A stretch of DNA of 43,396 nucleotides, taken from positions 1 through 43,396 of the forward strand of contig JAFAHI010000679.1 of assembly GCA_019237325.1 (NCBI GenBank), written 5' to 3'. Position numbers and translations under genes: made by a program. Source of the stretch: Verrucomicrobiota bacterium. Lineage in GTDB: Bacteria; Verrucomicrobiota; Verrucomicrobiia; Chthoniobacterales; JAFAMB01. Under the pieces are notes generated by a model. It searched no databases. It was not told the origin of the DNA and saw only the letters and a list, made by a program, of their open reading frames with translations. Positions 1-6,401 of the stretch are shown here, piece by piece. Every line of letters starts with the position of its first letter. The first letter of the stretch is position 1.

Positions 1-358
1 ATCCGCCTGGAGAGAAACCATAGCTGACTTCCGAGCCGGTTAGCTCGCCATGGGAGTCGGATAAGCCTACATTTTTCGGGATCTCTCCGATCATTTGCTA
101 TTGTACGCTGCAGGATAATGTTGTAATATCGTAGAAGGTAGTGAGGCGATGTTTTGGCGGATTGTAGTATCGGTTGCGATCGTCGAAGTACTGCTGTGCG
201 TGTTGCCAATTGAGCTAGCAGGAACGATTGCCTTACTCCGCATTTTGCTTTTCGGTAACTAACCCTTATTGCAGCGGCGCGGTTGGCCGTTTCGCCGCAC
301 AAGATTTCCGGATCGATCGAAGATCTGGTGCAACCTGTCCCTCCTCCCAGATGTGGAC

Positions 359-934
359 CTACAGGTCGCGCACCATGTGGAAATACGCTTCGCCTGCTAG
401 CTCTCTTTGTTTGTTGACTCGGAACTGTAAGCGTTCGTACAGCCGCTTTGCGTCGGGATTGGTTACATCCACGAGGAGACCAACGCGCGTGCGGCCCAGT
501 TGACGTCCCTGCTCGCACACCGCTTCGATCAATTGCCGCCCAATTCCTCGTCCTTGGTAATTGCGATTGACGCTGACGGTATCCAAATAGAACTCATCCG
601 GTTCGGCTTCGGTTGGAATTGCATAGTCAAAAAGACCAGATTGCAGCTTGGCGGCTTTCTCCAAAGGTTCGTCCAGCCGCCTGGCCACTGCCCCATCATA
701 GCTGATGGCGACACCGAGTATCCGCCGGTCCCCGACCGCGCTTTCCAGTTCCTCTATTACCAGGGCGTTTTGGTGACTGACACGGTTGCCTTCCTCTTGA
801 AAAAAACCCTCAAGAATCGACATCGCCTCGGCCAGAACTTTCGTTCCAGTCAGGACAAAGGCGATTGAGCCGATCGCTTCAAAAATCAAAGGAACGGCAT
901 CCGGCGCATCGTCTGAGGTAGCCGGTCGAATCAT
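359..934 (-). CDS. GNAT family N-acetyltransferase
   Basis: 191-aa ORF with acetyl-CoA binding motif A 'NYQGRGIGRQLIEAV' and a GNAT-type C-terminus 'NPDAKRLYERLQF'. Confidence 0.85.
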   Translation of the reverse strand: MIRPATSDDAPDAVPLIFEAIGSIAFVLTGTKVLAEAMSILEGFFQEEGNRVSHQNALVIEELESAVGDRRILGVAISYDGAVARRLDEPLEKAAKLQSGLFDYAIPTEAEPDEFYLDTVSVNRNYQGRGIGRQLIEAVCEQGRQLGRTRVGLLVDVTNPDAKRLYERLQFRVNKQRELAGEAYFHMVRDL

Positions 935-1014
935 TTACGAGCGTAGTCCAGGCACAGCCGTTGTCCACCGTTCACCGTTTGGCGTTCACGCCTTGCAGAT
1001 CGCGTTCTCGCTCC

Positions 1015-1464
1015 TCAGCTCCCCGCCTCCTTGACCGAGCGGACGACCTGGGGCGACTTGGACGGCTCACCGAACTTTTTCTGCAGTTTGTCAGCCAGCT
1101 CTTTCACGAACATTTTGCCGTCCGCCGATTGCGTTTGAGTGCCAACGACAATCGACGACAACCGGCTTTTCAAGCCGGCTCGCGTGGGAAACATGACGAC
1201 GGCAATGACGTCTCCTCGCTTCACCTGGACATTGTTCAGAACCGTGTCTGGAGGCAAGTTTTTAGCAGGAGGACTGACTACCGATACCCCTTTCATTTTG
1301 CCAACAACTGAAACGACAGCGCTGGAGGGGACATTTTGATTATGACGAAGATAGACATGGCTTTCCCAACCTACGCCGCCGCAGCTCGATAAGAATCCCG
1401 ACAGGATAAAAAGTGGAATCAACCGTCTCGCCCGGAGAACGGTTCGCACAAAAGAACTGTTCAT
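1015..1464 (-). CDS. Putative lipoprotein, unknown function
   Basis: 149-aa ORF with a basic N-terminus, a hydrophobic stretch and a lipobox-like 'GFLSSC'. No catalytic motif recognised. Confidence 0.55.
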   Translation of the reverse strand: MNSSFVRTVLRARRLIPLFILSGFLSSCGGVGWESHVYLRHNQNVPSSAVVSVVGKMKGVSVVSPPAKNLPPDTVLNNVQVKRGDVIAVVMFPTRAGLKSRLSSIVVGTQTQSADGKMFVKELADKLQKKFGEPSKSPQVVRSVKEAGS

Positions 1465-1588
1465 TTATAGATAGCGTCACCAAAAAACCCGCCCTCGGCT
1501 TTCGGAGGGTCCCTATCGCGCGATGGTACCGGGATGGGCGCTCGTTGGCAATATCGGCCTTCGCCTCTCCGGATAGGCGTACAGGACT

Positions 1589-1739
1589 CCGGGAGGGATC
1601 GCGTCCTCGCGATCTGTTGTCCGCGGTGCCGAGCGTGTTACTGAACCGATGCGTTACCGAATCGGTCTCGTTTCACAACCGTATCCCGAGCACCTGCGCT
1701 TCCGCGAATAACGGATCACGGGGACGCGATCCCTCCCGT
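1589..1739. repeat. Inverted repeat pair (about 17/18 nt arms, 'ccgggagggatcgcgtcc' / 'ggacgcgatccctcccgt') separated by about 115 nt
   Basis: Left arm 1589-1606, right arm 1722-1739, read directly. It fills the gap between the lipoprotein and PhzF-like genes. Confidence 0.6.
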
Positions 1740-1749
1740 GGCGTCGCTT

Positions 1750-2556
1750 TCAACCGCGCGCCACTAGGCGCCCTTTCAACATGGTCACGGCGCGTCCCTG
1801 CAAAATGGTCCGATTGCCCTGGACCGACAGCCGCAGCTCCCCGCCCCGCTCGGAGCATTGGAACGCGTGGAGCTCGTTCCTGCCTAGCTTCTTCGCCCAG
1901 TAAGGCGCGAGCACGCAATGCGCTGAACCCGTGACCGGGTCTTCATTGATCCCTGCATCCGGAGCAAAGAATCGGGAAAAGAAATCGTATTCGTCCCCGG
2001 CTTCCGCCTGACAGGTCACAATGACGCGGCCGCAACCGCTTTGAACCAGGAGACCGAAATCCGGCTGGATCCCCAGTAACACTTTCTTGTTAGCAACCTC
2101 TACCAGCAATCCGGAATCGTACTTGGCAACGAACGCCGCCTCAGCACCTAAACCTTGACGGAGTTCCGGAGGACAAACCGATTCCGTGACCGATTTAGAA
2201 GGAAAATTCAGGGCGATCCAACCCTCTTCCTTTTGTTCGGCGGTTAATCTCCCGCTCAAGGTCTCGAACTGGAGCGGCGTCGCGGATGCTTGTCCTTCCC
2301 CCCACAACACATGCGCCGAAGCCAACGTGGCGTGTCCGCACAGCTTCACCTCCACCTTTGGCGTAAACCAGCGGAGACGATAAACATTCTCACCCTCAGA
2401 CAGCAGGAATGCCGTCTCGGAAAGGTTCATTTCTTTAGCAACCGATTGCATCCATTCGGCAGACTCTGCCTGTTTCAGAACACAAACTGCCGCCGGATTT
2501 CCGGCAAACGGAACGCTGGTAAACGCGTCGACAACAGTAATCGGTTGAACGTCCAT
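1750..2556 (-). CDS. PhzF family phenazine-biosynthesis-like isomerase
   Basis: 268-aa ORF. The N-terminus 'VVDAFTSVPFAGNPAAVCVL', the 'ETAFL' motif and the length are typical of the PhzF/YddE fold. Confidence 0.85.
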   Translation of the reverse strand: MDVQPITVVDAFTSVPFAGNPAAVCVLKQAESAEWMQSVAKEMNLSETAFLLSEGENVYRLRWFTPKVEVKLCGHATLASAHVLWGEGQASATPLQFETLSGRLTAEQKEEGWIALNFPSKSVTESVCPPELRQGLGAEAAFVAKYDSGLLVEVANKKVLLGIQPDFGLLVQSGCGRVIVTCQAEAGDEYDFFSRFFAPDAGINEDPVTGSAHCVLAPYWAKKLGRNELHAFQCSERGGELRLSVQGNRTILQGRAVTMLKGRLVARG

Positions 2557-2681
2557 AAGCGTTTACAGCATTGAGTTCCGCTGCTTCAAAAGCAAGCTGC
2601 GGGCGGCGGAGAAGCGCTACAGTTGGGACGATAAACGTCGGCCGTCTGTCCGCGTATTCGCCGGCAGAATGACAACAGAAG

Positions 2682-2858
2682 GGAATAGCCGCAAAAGAGC
2701 GCAAAGAACGCAAAAAAGTCACTCAATAAAACACCAGGGATAAAAATTCGAAGAACTGCAAATGCGCAGGACTAGACATGAGTTAGGAGTCGATTGTCCA
2801 CGACTCCCATCTCCTCGATTTTTTTTGCGTTCTTTGCGCTCTTTTGCGGCTATTTTCC
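2682..2858. repeat. 34-bp perfect inverted repeat (ggaatagccgcaaaagagcgcaaagaacgcaaaaaa / ttttttgcgttctttgcgctcttttgcggctatt), about 100-nt spacer
   Basis: Arms at 2682-2717 and 2821-2858. The right arm generates the false 'FFAFFALFCGY' N-terminal extension of track ORF 2794..3237. Confidence 0.85.
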
Positions 2859-2874
2859 GGCCAATTTCACAACC

Positions 2875-3237
2875 ATGCCCTACTTAACCCTGAAAGTCGT
2901 TCATCTGGTTGCTTTGGCCCTGACCTTTATGGGCTTAGCTGGAGCTCTTGCTTCGAATGCCGTTTCCCCTGGGCCTTCGCTTACCCGTCGCGTCTTTGCC
3001 ATCTCGCATGGCCTAGGATTAGTGCTGCTCTTGATTAGCGGCTTCTTCCTCTTAATTCAGCTTGGGATCGGCAAGAATTTACCTGGCTGGGTCTGGGGCA
3101 AGGTCATCATCTGGTTGCTAGCCGGTGCTTCAGCCACTTTGGTCCGCCGTTTCGCTCGGTTTCAGGTTCCGATGCTGGTGTACCTGGCCGTGTTGGTGGG
3201 GCTCGGAGCTTGGCTGGCGTTGTATAAGCCGTTTTAG
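2875..3237 (+). CDS. Small integral membrane protein (about 4 TM helices), unknown function
   Basis: ORF trimmed to the ATG at 2875 (MPYLTLKVVHLVAL...) because the upstream part is the repeat arm. 120 aa, four hydrophobic segments. Confidence 0.6.
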   Translation: MPYLTLKVVHLVALALTFMGLAGALASNAVSPGPSLTRRVFAISHGLGLVLLLISGFFLLIQLGIGKNLPGWVWGKVIIWLLAGASATLVRRFARFQVPMLVYLAVLVGLGAWLALYKPF

Positions 3238-3250
3238 CGCCGCGCGCGGA

Positions 3251-3415
3251 GCAGAATAGCAAATAGCAAATTCGCAGAGCGCTCCGACGGAGTCCCTAGA
3301 ACTTGGAACGCCCCCGTATGGGTGGCCGCCGATACTCGCTTTGCTGGTCTTCCGAGGACGCGGCAGCGTGATAGCCGCTCGCGCGTCGCCTTATTTGCTA
3401 TCTGCTATTTGCTAT
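3251..3415. repeat. Hairpin element with tandem AGCAAAT-type heptamer arms
   Basis: 'gcagaatagcaaatagcaaat' at 3251-3271 and its inverted partner 'atttgctatctgctatttgctat' at 3393-3415. Confidence 0.7.
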
Positions 3416-3566
3416 CCGCAAAGCGGTAGGCCGCCCGGACACTCGCCGGGGCGACCCCTGTTTTCCTCCGCGAAGAAAAGGAGAATTGTTTGAGTGAGCA
3501 ACCCCCACTTTTCAGAAACTCTAACCCGCTGCTTACTAATGAATCTCGAGCCTCGGGTTTCAAAAC

Positions 3567-3693
3567 GGTTCACAGTTCGCAGTTCGCAGTTCGCTGTTCA
3601 CGGTTGGCTTCGCTGCAGCGCGCAACGCTAACGACGACGCCAACTACCAACCGCTAACGAAAACAGCGAACTGTGAATTGTGAACGGCGAACA
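3567..3693. repeat. Hairpin element with tandem GTTCGCA/GTTCACG heptamer arms
   Basis: 'ggttcacagttcgcagttcgcagttcgctgttcacggttgg' at 3567-3607, inverted partner 'aacagcgaactgtgaattgtgaacggcgaaca' at 3662-3693. Confidence 0.75.
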
Positions 3694-3704
3694 GAAACGA
3701 ACAG

Positions 3705-3735
3705 GGCCGCTCGGGCGGTTCTAACCCGAGCGGCC
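3705..3735. terminator. GC-rich hairpin (11-bp stem, 9-nt loop), terminator-like
   Basis: ggccgctcggg-cggttctaa-cccgagcggcc, followed by the T-containing 'tgcgtttcccgttt'. No adjacent gene end, so the function is unclear. Confidence 0.3.
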
Positions 3736-3946
3736 TGCGTTTCCCGTTTGGCTACGTTGTTTGCGGGTCATCCCCGCACTGGCTCGCTATGTTCGAAGGG
3801 ACCTCCGCACCGAGTGGATTGGAGGCGATCCCGTTCCGTACTAATGATTTTTGCGAACGTGGTTTCAGAGATCCCTGCGAAGCCCCGAATTTATTTTCTC
3901 TAGGCCCGCTTCTCGGCCGATGCCCCGCGCCGACAGACCGATTGTA

Positions 3947-4873
3947 TTATGCTTCCCGCTGAGCCAGGAATTGGGCTAAAGCATCCGCAATGATGGGTCG
4001 AGCAGGAGATTCGTAAAAAAGGAAAGCCGGAGATGTGTTCACCTCGAAGCAATAATACTCTCCGGACGGAGTCTCTTTCAGATCGATTCCGGACAGCGCC
4101 AGCCCGAGCTCTTTCGTAAGTCTGATACAATTGGCTGAGATGTCTTCGGGAAGTACCGCGGGAACCATGCTTAGACTGTAACCTTCCTCGCCAGCATACC
4201 GGTAGTCGACCGCCTCACACTGAATCCGGACCGCAAACCATTGTTCGCCGATGACGTGCACCCTGATGTTCTCACCAGCAATATACTCCTGAAACTGCGC
4301 TGGACAGTTTTCTAGAAGCTCCAAGCGTCCAAAATCGTCTTTTGTCATTGGGTGCACCGTCGAACGGACGCCGCCGATCGATTTAAAGATTACTTTTTCG
4401 CCGCATTCAACGAAGAAGCTGGCAACTGCTTCTGGATCATTGGTCACAAGCGTCTCGGGGATCTTGAAACCAAACCGACGAATCAATAAGGCCTGGTAAG
4501 GTTTGCTACGATTAGAGTACGTCGCGACGGGCCGGTTCAGGACGTTGCACGGAAGATTATTCAGAACCGCTGCCAGCCGAGCGTCGGTCTCAGGGTAAGC
4601 TTGCCCTTTGCCGTCCGCTTTCTCTCCCTCTTCTTCGGATTCATGCAGCTCGACGTTTCGAAAATAGACACCGCTAAGCTCGTCAAACTCGATTCGCCAA
4701 TCATGAGTGGATATCGATCCGCAAGGCCGACCGGCGATCCAGGTCAAATCTAGATCGGCGCCGCGAGGAAATCCGCCGAGATCCAATCGGCGATAATCGA
4801 TTTTAAGTAAATCGAGCCGAGAGCAAAGAAATGCCGTCACCGGCTCGTATGGATGGCCACAAACTAAAACCAT
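3947..4873 (-). CDS. ATP-grasp ligase, MvdC/MvdD-like (RiPP/graspetide maturase type)
   Basis: 308 aa. ATP-grasp motifs 'FQEYIAGENIRVHVIG' and 'SGIDLKETPSGEYYCFEVNTSPAF' (Mg-binding E-x-N). The 'AVDYRY' segment and a pre-ATP-grasp N-domain fit this type. The start overlaps the upstream gene by 10 nt. Confidence 0.8.
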   Translation of the reverse strand: MVLVCGHPYEPVTAFLCSRLDLLKIDYRRLDLGGFPRGADLDLTWIAGRPCGSISTHDWRIEFDELSGVYFRNVELHESEEEGEKADGKGQAYPETDARLAAVLNNLPCNVLNRPVATYSNRSKPYQALLIRRFGFKIPETLVTNDPEAVASFFVECGEKVIFKSIGGVRSTVHPMTKDDFGRLELLENCPAQFQEYIAGENIRVHVIGEQWFAVRIQCEAVDYRYAGEEGYSLSMVPAVLPEDISANCIRLTKELGLALSGIDLKETPSGEYYCFEVNTSPAFLFYESPARPIIADALAQFLAQREA

Positions 4874-5607
4874 GAGTCGGTTGCGTCACGGGTCGGGCCT
4901 GCACTCTTTGAGTTGGTCAGGAAATCGATTAACTCGACTATGATTTCCCGACGGCTTGATAAGCCGAATTCGTGATACTTTGGAAAAGGTTCTACCGCTG
5001 CGACCTGCGGTTTGCCCATCGAATCGGTTATCCGGAACTCGAGATAACTGAGACCAAGCGATTCGGCGAACCCAACAAGAGAATCATTGATGCGGTCCAA
5101 TCTGCCGGGTGCACCTTGATCCCACACGGCTCTCGAACCGATCACCGCAACCGGATATGAAGGCACGGCCTGCTCCGAGCCCGTGGACAGCAGTTCGAGA
5201 TCGAACCGCTCAATGCGCCCGCGCCAAAACTCTAATGATTCCACGGGCTCAAACCATAGTTCGGGAGGGTACCGATTAATAACCGGGCATGGCAACCCCC
5301 AAGTCCAACCCAAAAGAGCTGCCTCTTTCTCTGCATGGACATAAGTGGCTTCGTCCAGCGCCCAACCCTCCTTCTGGGCGAACGGGCTCTTTCGCACAAA
5401 GACCGCCGAAATCTCTGCTTCGAAACTCGCGCCGCCGGTCTCTAAGCGGAAGTTAGTAGACCATCTGTCAGTACCTAGCCGCCAGGAAATCTTCGCCGGA
5501 CTACAATATAGGTCTTGGATCGCTCGCACTGAATGCCCGCGCTCCGTCAGCCCTTTCCGCAAGTCGAGGCACAAAGGATCGCCAGTGCAGTTGACTAAGA
5601 GAACCAA
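4864..5607 (-). CDS. Degenerate ATP-grasp paralog (probably non-catalytic partner)
   Basis: 247 aa. The N-terminus (MVLLVN...LPCPVINRYP) parallels that of 3947..4873 (MVLVCG...LPCNVLNRP). The C-terminus 'LGLSYLEFRITDSMGKPQVAAVEPFPKY' parallels 'LGLALSGIDLKETPSGEYYCFEVNTSPAF'. The central nucleotide-binding segment is missing and the E-x-N Asn is lost. Confidence 0.6.
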   Translation of the reverse strand: MVLLVNCTGDPLCLDLRKGLTERGHSVRAIQDLYCSPAKISWRLGTDRWSTNFRLETGGASFEAEISAVFVRKSPFAQKEGWALDEATYVHAEKEAALLGWTWGLPCPVINRYPPELWFEPVESLEFWRGRIERFDLELLSTGSEQAVPSYPVAVIGSRAVWDQGAPGRLDRINDSLVGFAESLGLSYLEFRITDSMGKPQVAAVEPFPKYHEFGLSSRREIIVELIDFLTNSKSAGPTRDATDSWF

Positions 5608-5612
5608 GGTAG

Positions 5613-6338
5613 CTATTCGCCGAGACCCTTACCGAATACAAAGTTGACACCTGTTCCTTGCCCAGGGTTAGTCGGCGTCGCTGTGAATCGAAAGAATCTT
5701 AGCAGGATCAAAATATATTTCGGCCTGAGCGGGGCAACCGGGCTCGTGAGATGAGAATTTGCTCCCGCATCCTCTTCAACATCGTTCTCGATAGCGCCCA
5801 AGATCTCATACGACTTCGACTGACCGGACGAATGATTAGTCATCGTAAATGTCGCTTGATCCAGCAATTCGGCAATGTCGATAAGGCTTAGTTCATCAAA
5901 TGTGCTACTAAAATCGTGGCCGCTATGTGACGCCTTAGGCTTGCTTGGCAATTTGCCGCTCAGCACATAAGAATCACCCTCTATTTTGGTCCCGTTGAGG
6001 TAGGTATCGATCTGGAATGTGAAATGGTCTAAGAGCTCGATGACGTCCTTGAGAGAAAGCTTCTCTAGCGGCATCGACAAACGAGGATCGTCCTCGGTTT
6101 TCTGACCAGTGATTCCGTATATCGAAGCCGAGATTGGCCTATGCGTGACTCGGTCAGTGCATATCTTATTTACTATCGGATAGGCGTTTGGGAGGAACTT
6201 AGTAGCGAGATCTTCAAGATATCGTTTACCGAGCGGAAGATTTCCGCCCTGACCCTTTTTGGGTTTTGTAAAGGATTTGCCGGGCATGATGGTTGGTTTT
6301 CTAGGATTATATAAACGAAATCCCGGCAAAAATTTCAA
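5613..6338 (-). CDS. Two-repeat protein, candidate multi-core graspetide precursor
   Basis: 241 aa from TTG 6338, or 224 aa from ATG 6287. Internal duplication 'LSLKDVIELLDHFTFQIDTYLNGTKIEGD' / 'LSLIDIAELLDQATFTMTNHSSGQSKSYEILGAIENDVEEDAG'. It ends 5 nt before the ATP-grasp paralog. Confidence 0.55.
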   Translation of the reverse strand: MKFLPGFRLYNPRKPTIMPGKSFTKPKKGQGGNLPLGKRYLEDLATKFLPNAYPIVNKICTDRVTHRPISASIYGITGQKTEDDPRLSMPLEKLSLKDVIELLDHFTFQIDTYLNGTKIEGDSYVLSGKLPSKPKASHSGHDFSSTFDELSLIDIAELLDQATFTMTNHSSGQSKSYEILGAIENDVEEDAGANSHLTSPVAPLRPKYILILLRFFRFTATPTNPGQGTGVNFVFGKGLGE

Positions 6339-6401
6339 CGCTCCTGCCCAGTTTCACTTGTTTTCTGTGTCTCTGTGGTGAATCCAGGTCAGCGCCGGCT
6401 C

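Noticed and set aside
228-503. 91-aa plus-strand ORF at the window start, and unassigned sequence at 1-358
   Set aside because: The ORF overlaps the GNAT gene 3' end in antisense and is Arg/Ser/Cys-rich. The first about 350 nt contain no ORF I can support. A possible 8-codon gene tail (1-27) is too short to call.
5613-6338. The idea that the C-terminal '...GKGLGE' of the 241-aa protein marks it as a Pup/UBact-like modifier ligated by the ATP-grasp enzymes
   Set aside because: A single terminal Gly-Glu is weak evidence. Pup/UBact ligases are glutamine-synthetase-like rather than ATP-grasp, and the protein is much larger and partly hydrophobic. It is kept only as a note inside the graspetide hypothesis.
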